A DNA stretch of 64,000 bases from a virus. The stretch's first letter is position 1; each line of letters starts with the position of its first letter. The position numbers and the translations under genes were made by a program. A model generated the notes under the pieces. That model was given only the letters and a program-made list of their open reading frames with translations. It made no database searches and was not told where the DNA came from. The DNA is taken from positions 1 through 64,000 of IMG/VR virus record IMGVR_UViG_3300046115_000059. One strand, written 5' to 3'. This document shows, one piece after another, positions 42,758 through 51,908 of this stretch.

Positions 42758-43340
42758 ACTAGCGAACGAACGGAACGCGCTGCGATCGACGCTGTGGGCG
42801 AGCGTGGGTGTTCCTGCCGTAGCGCCTGACAACAAACTACGGATTGCCGGGCAGCCACTGGTTGATGAACCGGTTGCGCGCGCGGGCTCGATGCTGCTGT
42901 GGAGTACTCCAACGATCAATCCAACCGTGCTGCCGAACCGCTACGAAATCAGTTACGACGGGGTGCCGTTCCAGTCGATCGGGCTAGTGTTGACGGTTGC
43001 CATTCCGACAATGCCGTCCGGTCTGCATACGGCGCGCGTGCGTGCGTGCAACGTCGACGGCTGCAGCAACGACGTGGATGTTACGCAGGTGGCATCGCTC
43101 ACGTTCAAGTTTGTGAACGCGCTGCCGGGACCGCCGACAGGGCTGACCATTACACCACCGCAGCTGGTGCTATCGCTGCCGCAGGCCGCACAGCTCGCGC
43201 AGTGCACGGTGTATGGTGCATACCTGCGCTGGCCGACCGAGTCTGAATTCAAGCACATTGTGGACACGTATCCGGGTCCGATTCCCCCAACGTATGGATC
43301 GGTGACGTTTCATCTCGATTCGTTTCTGGTTCAACGGTGA
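42591..43340 (+). CDS. Lipoprotein with FN3-like domain
   Basis: MRKFICALSVLLTLSAC lipobox. GTG 42591 follows GGGAAGGGG. Confidence 0.6.
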   Translation: MRKFICALSVLLTLSACAAKTQPTVDPEDPTKADRIEDQLREMRVTMLGLQDDLIKLANERNALRSTLWASVGVPAVAPDNKLRIAGQPLVDEPVARAGSMLLWSTPTINPTVLPNRYEISYDGVPFQSIGLVLTVAIPTMPSGLHTARVRACNVDGCSNDVDVTQVASLTFKFVNALPGPPTGLTITPPQLVLSLPQAAQLAQCTVYGAYLRWPTESEFKHIVDTYPGPIPPTYGSVTFHLDSFLVQR

Positions 43341-43681
43341 TCCTCACGCTCGTGAATCGCGGCCAGCGCGAAGGGGTGTTTGATACGCCGAGTGCTGTGG
43401 TCGATTCGACGATTGAAACGATCGTGGTGTATTTCGACGTGCATCCGAACGAAATGGCAAGCACGAAATCCGTGCGCTTCGAAGCCTTTACCAGCGCTGA
43501 CAACGGGCAAACGTGGCAGCCACGGTATGCGGCAACCTCTCAGGGGCCATGGTCGGGGCGCCCGTGGTTCTCGTTTGATCCAGCGGAGATTCACGGACTG
43601 CGCGTGCGGGCGCGGGTGACGTTGTCTGAACGTATGCAGTGCGGTGTGCTGCTCTACGTGAACGAAGATCCACCGGATTAA
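43337..43681 (+). CDS. Hypothetical protein
   Basis: GTGA overlap. Confidence 0.5.
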   Translation: MILTLVNRGQREGVFDTPSAVVDSTIETIVVYFDVHPNEMASTKSVRFEAFTSADNGQTWQPRYAATSQGPWSGRPWFSFDPAEIHGLRVRARVTLSERMQCGVLLYVNEDPPD

Positions 43682-43684
43682 CCC

Positions 43685-45025
43685 GTGGCGGATGCGTCCT
43701 TTGTCAATGCGTCCGGCGTGCTGGGCTCGAACGTGTCGAGTCTCAGTGCAACGTTTTCCGGTGCCGTGGCAATTGGCGATTTAATCTGGGTGGGCTACGG
43801 TTACAACCCAGATGCTACCGAGCCTGCTGTTTCCGATAACAGTGGTGGCGGGCATACCTACGCGCTGGGTACGCTCGAAATTCATTCGGCGATCGCGATG
43901 CGCATGCGCGGCGCCTACGTGATCAACACGGTGAATGCGGCGCATCAAATTACCGTGTCGTCCGGCGTGTCGCAAACTCGCCTTTCCCTTCGCATTGCCG
44001 AAGCCGCCGACGTGGATACCACGACGCCACTGGAAGATCAGGATACCAGCGAAAGTGGTAGCGGCACGGTGACGGCCGGACCGGTGGTCGCGGCTGGGAC
44101 CGGGATCATTTTTTCACACGCACACTGTAACGTGAATGCCACATGGGGGCTGCCGTCCGGTTTCACGGGGGCTGGTGCGTCGACCAATCGTAGCCATAGC
44201 GCGTATCGAGTCGTGGCCGCTGGCAGTTATAGCGCGGCGTGGGTGAGCACGGGCGCGTCCTCGATGGCGACCATTATGCTGTTTCGGTCCGCAACGGGCG
44301 GGCTGCAGACGCAGAATCTCAGCGGCACCGTTGCATCCTCCGGTGTGGCGGTGCGCAATGCGACAAAAAACGTTGGCGCGATTTTCGGACCGAACGGTGT
44401 CATTACGCGCACGACGACAAAAAAAGTCAGTGCGATTTTCGGACCGAACGGGTTTGTGACGCGTGTCACCACCAAAAAACCCTTTGGCGCAATCACGCCG
44501 AGTGGCGTGCCCACATCAGTGAAATTGATTCTCCGTTCGTTTACTGGTGCGATCGCATCGGCGGCTGCAATCAAACACGCGGCTGCGCGCGTGCTGGCTG
44601 GTGTGCTCGTGCCGATCGGGACAATGGTGCAGGTAGCGACGCTCACGTTGCAGGGATCGATCGCATCGGCTGGCGTCATGACGATCGTTGGGGTGCTGCT
44701 GCAAACGTTCACTGCGGTGATTGCATCCGCTGGGGTGCTGCAGCCAACACCGATTATTGGGCTGGTGGCTGTGGTTGGCATGGCCGGGCAGCGCGTGCAC
44801 AGTGTGGTGCAGGTGCTGGGCGCGCTGGTGTTGGCACTCGGGGCGCGCGCGTGGATCATCTCTCAAGTGCTCACCAGTGCGGTCGTGTCCACCGGCGATC
44901 TGCTCGTGCAAATTGCCGATGAGTTTATCGATTATGACGCGGTAGAATGGCGTGCGCGCATTGTGCGCGCGAAGGAATTTTTTGCGCGGGTGAGCCGGTT
45001 CGTGGAGCGGAAGGTGCGCCGATGA
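43685..45025 (+). CDS. Hypothetical protein with about ten 18-19-residue hydrophobic repeats in the C-terminal half
   Basis: 446 aa with repeats of the form xxxLxGAIxxxGxxxxV. Confidence 0.55.
   Translation: MADASFVNASGVLGSNVSSLSATFSGAVAIGDLIWVGYGYNPDATEPAVSDNSGGGHTYALGTLEIHSAIAMRMRGAYVINTVNAAHQITVSSGVSQTRLSLRIAEAADVDTTTPLEDQDTSESGSGTVTAGPVVAAGTGIIFSHAHCNVNATWGLPSGFTGAGASTNRSHSAYRVVAAGSYSAAWVSTGASSMATIMLFRSATGGLQTQNLSGTVASSGVAVRNATKNVGAIFGPNGVITRTTTKKVSAIFGPNGFVTRVTTKKPFGAITPSGVPTSVKLILRSFTGAIASAAAIKHAAARVLAGVLVPIGTMVQVATLTLQGSIASAGVMTIVGVLLQTFTAVIASAGVLQPTPIIGLVAVVGMAGQRVHSVVQVLGALVLALGARAWIISQVLTSAVVSTGDLLVQIADEFIDYDAVEWRARIVRAKEFFARVSRFVERKVRR
44378..44485 (+). repeat. 54-nt tandem duplication inside the repeat protein
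   Basis: GCGATTTTCGGACCGAACGG occurs at 44378 and 44432. Each unit carries an A6-A7 run. Confidence 0.8.
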
Positions 45026-45363
45026 AAGTCACCGAATCACGCGTGCATGTGGGCGACGTGGGCACTGAATTGCGTGCGCAGGTGTTCGATGCTGACGGAG
45101 TGTCGGTCGTGGATCTCACCGGTGCGCAAGTGCTGCAATTCAAGTTGCGCAAGCCCGATGGTTCGGTGATCGCGCGTAGTGCAGAACCGGGTAGCACGCG
45201 CAAGCCGGAACTGACAGCCGCGCAGGGTTGGATGCATTATCTCGTGCTCGAAGACGATCTTGATCAGGACGGCACGTGGTATATCACGCCGTATGTGCAG
45301 CTCGATCCAAGTGCGAAATGGCACGCGACCGGGTTTGATCTGCTGGTGTGGCCGCACGATTAG
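45022..45363 (+). CDS. Ig-like (BppU-N-like) domain protein
   Basis: GTELRAQVFDADGVSVVDLTGAQVLQFKLRKPDGSVI. Confidence 0.45.
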   Translation: MKVTESRVHVGDVGTELRAQVFDADGVSVVDLTGAQVLQFKLRKPDGSVIARSAEPGSTRKPELTAAQGWMHYLVLEDDLDQDGTWYITPYVQLDPSAKWHATGFDLLVWPHD

Positions 45364-45377
45364 AACAGGAGCTAACC

Positions 45378-45704
45378 GTGGATCGTAATTTCAAATTGAT
45401 GGGGAAAAACGGCGACCGTAATCCGCTTGGCACTTCGAATCCGCCACCGCAGTTGATCGTGCCGTTTCTGCAGCTCGATCCAACTGCGGTGATTATCTGT
45501 GGCTGTCAGCCGCCGGGACACTTGCTCGTGTTGCGCTCGCTGACGGCGCCGGTGCAGTGCCCGAACTGCCAGCGTCGTTACGGTATCGATAAAATCGCCT
45601 TCGACGCGCAGGAATCCTATCGTAAGACTGGTACACCGGGCGATGCGAAACCAACGGTGAATTTCACTATGATGGAACCGCTGATCATGCGGCCAACGTC
45701 GTAA
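45378..45704 (+). CDS. Hypothetical protein (CGC...CPNC)
   Basis: GTG 45378 directly after the hairpin GATTAG-AACAGGAG-CTAACC. Confidence 0.5.
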   Translation: MDRNFKLMGKNGDRNPLGTSNPPPQLIVPFLQLDPTAVIICGCQPPGHLLVLRSLTAPVQCPNCQRRYGIDKIAFDAQESYRKTGTPGDAKPTVNFTMMEPLIMRPTS

Positions 45705-45705
45705 T

Positions 45706-45933
45706 ATGCCGGATATCTGTTTTGTGAAGATCCACGATCTCAGCACGCATCCGGAACCGCACGTGACGCCGATGGAGCTGGCTGAATACTGGCGCGTGTC
45801 AGAGGATTCGGTGTATCGCCTGATCGACAAGGGTGCGCTACCGGTGAAACGGATCGGCCGGTCGATTCGGGTGGCGACCGAAGTCGCGCGCGAATACGAG
45901 CGGCCAGATGGGCAGGACACTGGCCGCGGATAG
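45706..45933 (+). CDS. Excisionase/MerR-type HTH (HTH_17-like) DNA-binding protein
   Basis: MELAEYWRVSEDSVYRLIDKGALPVKRIGRSIRV. Confidence 0.6.
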   Translation: MPDICFVKIHDLSTHPEPHVTPMELAEYWRVSEDSVYRLIDKGALPVKRIGRSIRVATEVAREYERPDGQDTGRG

Positions 45934-46194
45934 GCTCGGCGTGTTGCGGCGTGTCACCAGTTTGCAGCACGATCCGATCGGTGCCGATCGACACGATGCC
46001 GTGGTGTGTTCCATTCGGTTTCCTGATTACGTGGCGCACCGGAGGCACCGCTGGTGCCAGCTCGAAGCACCACACCATATCGATCGCTGTGGCATGTTCC
46101 TTCCAATCCGCAAGACACCGCACACGCCGCAACAGCCGCGCTAGACGGCATCCGAGCAAATAGCCACTGTTTCCGGCAACGGCGCACGCGCACA

Positions 46195-47406
46195 ATGCTT
46201 CGCGTGGCGCGAACTCTGCCGATCGACAACGTGCGGCTGTCGTTTGATCCGTTTGTGTTTGCGGATGAATTCGCGCAGCTTGCAGCTGATGCCGATGCTG
46301 CGGCGCGCACGCGCGATGTGCAGGTGTGCGTAACTGGTACCTTCCAATCCGCGCGCTACGGCAAGATTGAAATTTCTGAAAGCGATCTGGATTCAATGAT
46401 CGCGAATTTCAATCAGCACTATCCGATTCCCCCGACCGAGTTGTCCACCGATTACGATCATCTGTCACTCGATCCAAAGCAGCACGGCGATGGCCGCGCA
46501 TCCGGCTGGTATCGCAAGCTATTCAAAAAGCGCGCGGCCGCGGGCAAGGTGGAACTGTGGGGCACGATCGAATGGACACCGATCGCAGCGCAAGCCATCA
46601 AAAATAAAGAGTATCGATTTTTCAGTCCAACGTTTGTCAAGCAACACGTGACGAACTTGGGCAAAAAAATCGGCGCGACGCTGCTCGGCGGCGCACTGAC
46701 AAACCGTCCGTTTCTGCAGGGCATGGCTGCGGTCACGCTGTCGCAGAGCGGCGAAGTGGCAAGTAGTTCAACCGGGAGATCATCGATGGGCAAAACGATC
46801 AGGGTAAAAGATGCGCAGGGCAACGATGTTGATATCGAGCTGTCCGATGTCATTGCGCATACCGATGTGAAATCCGCGCTGACACCGGCGCCGGGTGCAG
46901 GTGCTACCGTCGTCGATCCGAATATCAAAGCACTCACTGATCAAATGTCAGCACTGACCGGTGTGGTGACGACGCTCAGCACCGCGATGTCCGACGATCG
47001 CAAAACGCGCAACAAGGAACGGGCGGAAGCGCGCGTGCTCGATCTGATCAAGGCGGGCAAGCTGGCGCCGAAGGACAAGGCCACATGGATCAGCATGGCC
47101 GAATCCAATTTCGACATGTTCACGGCGCTATCGGCCACGCTGCAGACGGTGATCAAGCTGCGCCACAATCACGGTGGCGACGGCGGCGGTTCACAGTCGG
47201 CTGGTGCGGGTGATGGTGGCGACGGCGGCGGCGACGAGGGGCAGTTGCCCGAAGCCGGACCGGCAGCGATCAAGCTGTTCGAGGATCGTATCGACGCGGC
47301 ACGCGCGAAGGACGCGAAACTCTCCTACGACAGTGCGATCCAGATGGTGGCCGCAGCCGATCCGAAGTTGGCGAAGCTGTATCAGGAAAGCTACCGGCAG
47401 GCGTAA
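46195..47406 (+). CDS. Mu gpI-like prohead protease fused to a scaffold region
   Basis: DYDH...ASGWYRKL...LWGTIEWTPIAAQAIKNKEYRFFSPTF matches the Mu-like protease pattern. Helical C-terminal half. Confidence 0.75.
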   Translation: MLRVARTLPIDNVRLSFDPFVFADEFAQLAADADAAARTRDVQVCVTGTFQSARYGKIEISESDLDSMIANFNQHYPIPPTELSTDYDHLSLDPKQHGDGRASGWYRKLFKKRAAAGKVELWGTIEWTPIAAQAIKNKEYRFFSPTFVKQHVTNLGKKIGATLLGGALTNRPFLQGMAAVTLSQSGEVASSSTGRSSMGKTIRVKDAQGNDVDIELSDVIAHTDVKSALTPAPGAGATVVDPNIKALTDQMSALTGVVTTLSTAMSDDRKTRNKERAEARVLDLIKAGKLAPKDKATWISMAESNFDMFTALSATLQTVIKLRHNHGGDGGGSQSAGAGDGGDGGGDEGQLPEAGPAAIKLFEDRIDAARAKDAKLSYDSAIQMVAAADPKLAKLYQESYRQA

Positions 47407-47450
47407 CGCGCCACGTTCAACCGATTCGATTTTTCTAAGGGAGTGATCGT

Positions 47451-47822
47451 ATGGCGCAGTCGACGCCGGTGCTCGATAAAACCTATCTCGCGGCTGGTGA
47501 TCTGAGCACGAAGCAGTTCACAGCGGTGAAGTTCAGCGCGGATTACACGGTCAATACGTGCGGCGCGGCGCAGCCGAGTATCGGCATTCAGCAGGACATT
47601 CCCGCGGCGGCTGGTCGCGGGTGTCGCGTGCGGCATCTGGGCACGAGCAAGGCGGTGGCCGGTGCAGCCTTCGCAGCGAATGCGAAGCTGGGCACCGATG
47701 CAAACGGAAAGCTGGTCACGGCGGCCACGGGCACGGATTGTATCGCCATCGCGTGCCAAGCGGCGCTGGCACTGAACGACATTGTCGAAGTGCTGGTGAT
47801 TCCGGGTGGGCTCGTCGCGTAA
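47451..47822 (+). CDS. DUF2190-family head protein
   Basis: GDLSTKQFTAVKF...IGIQQD...GTSKAVAGAAFAANAKLGTDANGKLV. Confidence 0.65.
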   Translation: MAQSTPVLDKTYLAAGDLSTKQFTAVKFSADYTVNTCGAAQPSIGIQQDIPAAAGRGCRVRHLGTSKAVAGAAFAANAKLGTDANGKLVTAATGTDCIAIACQAALALNDIVEVLVIPGGLVA

Positions 47823-47932
47823 TCGATTTGCGTTTCAGGTATGGCGATCGGCGCAGCAGCTGCCATCGGGCAGAGCGGGCCAGCATAACCGATCGTCAAT
47901 CTCTCACGTTGGTTTCAGGCTAGGGCAAGCAC

Positions 47933-48859
47933 ATGCCGCTGATTGGGCAAATTCGCCAGAATCGGGTGCTGACGAATCTCACTGTGGAATATCGGCCGGG
48001 ACCGTATATTTCCACTGAGGTGGCACCGCGCGTGCCGGTCGCACAGGAAAGTGACATCTACTACATCTACGATTTCTCGGGATTCGAAATTCCGGAAACG
48101 TTGCGCGAACCGCGGTCGCGTTACAACCAAGTCGATTGGTCGGTGAGCACCGATACATACTTTGCGCAGGAGTATGGGCTCGAACAACCGATCGATGATC
48201 GTGAGCGGCGCAATGCGGTGGGTGTGCTCGATCTCGAACGCGACAGCACGCGCAACCTGACCGCGCAGCTGCTCAATGCGCGCGAGCGGCGCGTCGCCAA
48301 CCTCGCCACCGCAACGGCCAGCTATCCGGCCGGACACACGATCACGCTGGCCGGTGCGGCGCAGTGGTCGGATCCGGTCAATAGCGATCCGGTTGGTGAC
48401 GTTGCGGTCGCACGCAAGAAAATTCAATCGGCGACCGGGCTGCTGCCGAACACGATGGTAATGGGTTACGCCGTGTTCGAAGCGCTATTGGCGCACGAAC
48501 AGATTCGCGGTTATCTCGCGGAAGGCGGGCTGGTCACCGAGGAAGTGCTTGCCAAAATTTTCAGACTGGAGCGGGTGGTTGTGGGCTCAGTGCTCTACAA
48601 CACCGCGAAGGAAGGGCAGGCGACGACGCTGGGCGATCTGTGGGGATTTGACGTGGTGATCTTCCACCGCGCGAATACGTCACCGGCGCTGCGGACGCCG
48701 TCATTCATGTATCAATTCGTCGCGGCCGATTTCCGCGTGTTCCAGTATCGGAACGAGGAGATCACAAGCGATATCATCCGCGTGAACGAAATCACGGCGG
48801 AAAAGATGGTCGCACCGAAGCTGGGATTTTTGTACAAGGCTGCGGCGGCCGCGGCGTAA
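47933..48859 (+). CDS. Major capsid protein (HK97 fold, lambda E / Mu T-like)
   Basis: 308 aa, positioned after the protease and DUF2190. LTVEYRPGPYISTEVAPRVPV. Confidence 0.8.
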   Translation: MPLIGQIRQNRVLTNLTVEYRPGPYISTEVAPRVPVAQESDIYYIYDFSGFEIPETLREPRSRYNQVDWSVSTDTYFAQEYGLEQPIDDRERRNAVGVLDLERDSTRNLTAQLLNARERRVANLATATASYPAGHTITLAGAAQWSDPVNSDPVGDVAVARKKIQSATGLLPNTMVMGYAVFEALLAHEQIRGYLAEGGLVTEEVLAKIFRLERVVVGSVLYNTAKEGQATTLGDLWGFDVVIFHRANTSPALRTPSFMYQFVAADFRVFQYRNEEITSDIIRVNEITAEKMVAPKLGFLYKAAAAAA

Positions 48860-48904
48860 AAGCCGACGTCGCAAAGGGGCGCCAGCTGCGCGCGGCGCAA
48901 ACAG

Positions 48905-48963
48905 CCCGGCGACGTCGCTGCGAGCCTCCTGTCTCGTGGCAGGCGGCGCCGGGTGTTGTTTTT
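48905..48963 (+). terminator. Probable intrinsic terminator or attenuator after the capsid gene
   Basis: CCCGGCG (48905-48911) / CGCCGGG (48947-48953) enclose an inner stem, followed by TGTTGTTTTT. Confidence 0.5.
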
Positions 48964-48976
48964 CTAGGAGTAGACG

Positions 48977-49399
48977 ATGAAGCGTTTCAATCTCAATTCC
49001 GCCATTGCTGTAATCGGGCTGTTGATCTTTGCGTTTCTCGCGATCGGCCGCGTGCCAGTCGACGCGCAGCAAGGGATTCAGCAGGTGCGGCAGCTCGGGC
49101 GATATGCGGTGTTCACGGCACATACCGCCACTGGTGCGACAACGTCAGCCGTGGTCAATGGCACGATGACGCACAATTCACAGCTCATCGTGACCGGGGC
49201 GCCAGCTACCTGCACCTATCGTCTGCAGGGATCGAACGACGGCACGAACTGGTTCAACATCAGCGCAGCTGATATTACGTGCACGACAACGATCAACAGT
49301 GTGACCGTCGACGTGCCCACGCGTCTAATCAGGGGCAATCTGCTCACGATAACTGGTGGCACGGCGCCGACAGTGCGCTTGTATTACATAGGCCGCTAA
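48977..49399 (+). CDS. Hypothetical protein with N-terminal signal or anchor sequence
   Basis: MKRFNLNSAIAVIGLLIFAFLAIGRVPVDAQQG. Confidence 0.5.
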   Translation: MKRFNLNSAIAVIGLLIFAFLAIGRVPVDAQQGIQQVRQLGRYAVFTAHTATGATTSAVVNGTMTHNSQLIVTGAPATCTYRLQGSNDGTNWFNISAADITCTTTINSVTVDVPTRLIRGNLLTITGGTAPTVRLYYIGR

Positions 49400-49427
49400 C
49401 GGCAAACACGTTTTTAGGGGAGCTGTC

Positions 49428-49820
49428 ATGTCTAAGGCACGCACGGCGATCAAGCACGGCAAGGCGCCGAAGCCGGAAAAGGAAAAGGCCGAATTCAAAA
49501 CGATTCAGCCGGGCGAATCCGTGCCCGCGGAACTGGCTAAGGATCTGCCGGTCGGGAGCCTGCACGCGGATGGCAAGCGTAAAAAGTCTGCGATCGACGT
49601 GGACGATAACGAATCCTATGCGGGCGAGGATGCCGCGCAGGAATCGATTCTCATGCGTCCCGACAATCCGAACCGGCCTGCCAACGTGGAAGGCGAGGAT
49701 CAGTTCAAGGTGGCGCAGGGTGGTGCATTCGGCCGCGGCAAACAAACGGATGCGACCGGCAAAGAGCAGGTGCAGGAACCGAGCGGCGGGAGCGGCGGCA
49801 CCAGCACCGATACGCAGTAG
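49428..49820 (+). CDS. Charged low-complexity protein
   Basis: 130-aa ORF from the track. Confidence 0.5.
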   Translation: MSKARTAIKHGKAPKPEKEKAEFKTIQPGESVPAELAKDLPVGSLHADGKRKKSAIDVDDNESYAGEDAAQESILMRPDNPNRPANVEGEDQFKVAQGGAFGRGKQTDATGKEQVQEPSGGSGGTSTDTQ

Positions 49821-49825
49821 GGGCG

Positions 49826-50296
49826 ATGGCCTACGCCACACTGGACGACATCAAAGGGGAAATGCCGCAGTTCCGGCTTTCCCCGAACAGCACGCCAACG
49901 GATACGCAGGCGCAGGAATTTCTTACTGAGCTGCATGCGGAGTTGGATGCCGTCCTGAAAGCGCTGGGCTATACGCTGCCCATTACGAAGCTGCTGCATC
50001 CGTTGTCGTTTGCCATCCTGAAATCGATGGTGCAGCAAGGCACGATCGCGCGGATCCTGCGCTCGCGGAATTACGGGGTTGATTCGCCGGAAGCGATCGG
50101 CGCACGCGATGCGCAAAACGTGTTCCGCGACATGATCAAGCGGCTCACCGATCCGGACGATCCGTTGAATCTGCCCGATGCCGAGGGGGCGCCGGTGTTC
50201 GCAAAATTCGGGCTCGGGATTGCCGAGTCACATGTCGCGGGGCGCAGTTTGGATCCGGAAGCTGAACCGGCGTTCACGCGCGAAAAGGTGTATTGA
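49826..50296 (+). CDS. Head-tail connector candidate (DUF1320/Mu gp36-like)
   Basis: MAYATLDDIKGEMPQ opening plus position in the module. Confidence 0.55.
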   Translation: MAYATLDDIKGEMPQFRLSPNSTPTDTQAQEFLTELHAELDAVLKALGYTLPITKLLHPLSFAILKSMVQQGTIARILRSRNYGVDSPEAIGARDAQNVFRDMIKRLTDPDDPLNLPDAEGAPVFAKFGLGIAESHVAGRSLDPEAEPAFTREKVY

Positions 50297-50322
50297 TGGC
50301 GGCGATCGTGGGCTGGTGGTAA

Positions 50323-51045
50323 GTGGCAGGCGTCACACAAAGCGGTGCCCGGTTGCAGCTCAGGATGGAGCTGTATGGGCAGGAAGCGATGGACGTGGCG
50401 CTGTCACGGTTCGGTGGGATCGTGAATGATTTTCGGCCGTTTTTTTCTGCGCATCTGGCGCCGAAGTTTTTTGGTGACGTGCAGCAGAATTTTGATACCG
50501 AAGGCCGCACCGGCGAAGGCTCGAAGTGGCCGCCACTGTCGCCACCATATAAGCGCTGGAAGGATCGGCATTTTCCGGGGCGACGCATCCTCGAACGCAC
50601 CTATGCGCTGCGCCGATCGATGATGTGGTATCCGTCACGGTTCGGTCCGGGCGCGAATCGCGGCAACGTCGGGCCGCAGGGTGTGTATCGCACCAGTGCC
50701 ACGGTAGCCGAGATGGGCACCGCGATTACCTACGCGCACTGGCACCAGACCGGCGCGGCGGCGAGTCAGCGCGGGCTGGTGGGTGGTCGGTTGCGCAGCC
50801 GGGTGACCGGTCGCTACGTGCGGATCCCCGCGCGGCCGCGCAGTGTGGTGAGTGGCCGGTTTCTGGGCGGATTGCCACAACGGCGGTTTTTGTTTCTCCG
50901 CGCGGCGCAAACGTATGGACGCCTGCTGCACCGGTGGTCGGTGGAAGCACGCGCGCTGGCCGGACTCGGCGGTAATCAGTGGGGCACCGGCGTAAGTGGC
51001 AGCGGACAGCCCTTCACGCGGCCAGCCACTGGAGGAGTGGTGTAG
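50323..51045 (+). CDS. Virion morphogenesis protein (Mu gpG-like pattern)
   Basis: QQNFDTEGRTGEGSKWPPLSPPYKRWK...ILERTYALRRS. Confidence 0.55.
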   Translation: MAGVTQSGARLQLRMELYGQEAMDVALSRFGGIVNDFRPFFSAHLAPKFFGDVQQNFDTEGRTGEGSKWPPLSPPYKRWKDRHFPGRRILERTYALRRSMMWYPSRFGPGANRGNVGPQGVYRTSATVAEMGTAITYAHWHQTGAAASQRGLVGGRLRSRVTGRYVRIPARPRSVVSGRFLGGLPQRRFLFLRAAQTYGRLLHRWSVEARALAGLGGNQWGTGVSGSGQPFTRPATGGVV

Positions 51046-51048
51046 TGC

Positions 51049-51546
51049 GTGGTCGCTGGGGTGAACCGATTCGATTGGTCGGACGAAATCATCGAGCAGG
51101 TGAAAGCGATATTGGTGCGGGATCTACCCGCCATGTTGGCACTGATTCAAGCCGATCGCGCCGACGATCTCGAACTCGACGCACCGGCGCCGGACAACAT
51201 TTGGACAGCCGACAAGGTGGTGCCCCCGAGTTTTCCGTCGATCGAAATTTGGGGACCGGACAGTGCGCGGATCCATCCGGATATTCTGCACTTTCAGCAT
51301 CGCATGGCCGCGGTGTTGACGGTTGTGGGATCGGACGAGGAAGTGATCGACAAACAGTTGCGGCGCACGCTGCTTGGGATTTTGTTGGTGCTGGACAATC
51401 AACCGCTCGCAGCCGATGGTGTGGCGGCCGTGATTCGGTGTGGCATCGTAAATTACACGACGGTCGGCACGCGCCAGCAGGACGCCGGGGCGCCGTGGGT
51501 GCGTAGTGGATCCGTCGAATTTGTTGCGGACACGATCAACGATTGA
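51049..51546 (+). CDS. Head-tail joining or tail completion candidate
   Basis: Called from position and the ORF track. Confidence 0.45.
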   Translation: MVAGVNRFDWSDEIIEQVKAILVRDLPAMLALIQADRADDLELDAPAPDNIWTADKVVPPSFPSIEIWGPDSARIHPDILHFQHRMAAVLTVVGSDEEVIDKQLRRTLLGILLVLDNQPLAADGVAAVIRCGIVNYTTVGTRQQDAGAPWVRSGSVEFVADTIND

Positions 51547-51556
51547 GGATTAGGCG

Positions 51557-51895
51557 ATGGCAATTCTCGCAGTACAACGACCGTTGATTACCGGCACCGT
51601 GATTTCGATGGCGGCGGCTGGCGCCGGTGGCGACTCGTTTCAGAACGATGGCAGCACGTGGCTGCGCGTGACGAATGGCGCTGGGTCACCGATTAACGTG
51701 ACGTTTGATTCGCCGAACACCTGCGATTTCGGATTGGGTGCGGCGGCGGCACACGATTCGGTGGTGGCGGTTGCCAACGGCACGACGGTGGAAATCGGAC
51801 CGTTCCGGAAGAATCGATTCAACGACGCAAACGAACGCGTGCAAGTCACTTACTCATCGGTGACCACCATCACAGTGGCGGCGATTACGCGGTAG
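51557..51895 (+). CDS. Hypothetical virion protein
   Basis: ORF track. Confidence 0.5.
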   Translation: MAILAVQRPLITGTVISMAAAGAGGDSFQNDGSTWLRVTNGAGSPINVTFDSPNTCDFGLGAAAAHDSVVAVANGTTVEIGPFRKNRFNDANERVQVTYSSVTTITVAAITR

Positions 51896-51908
51896 CAGGA
51901 GCACGGTT

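Noticed and set aside
45740-46396. 218-aa minus-strand ORF whose middle part reads protein-like and fills the 45934-46194 gap.
   Set aside because: Its only stop lies inside the convincing + strand HTH gene and its start lies inside the protease gene. It would therefore have to overlap both. It is typical of antisense frames in GC-rich coding DNA.
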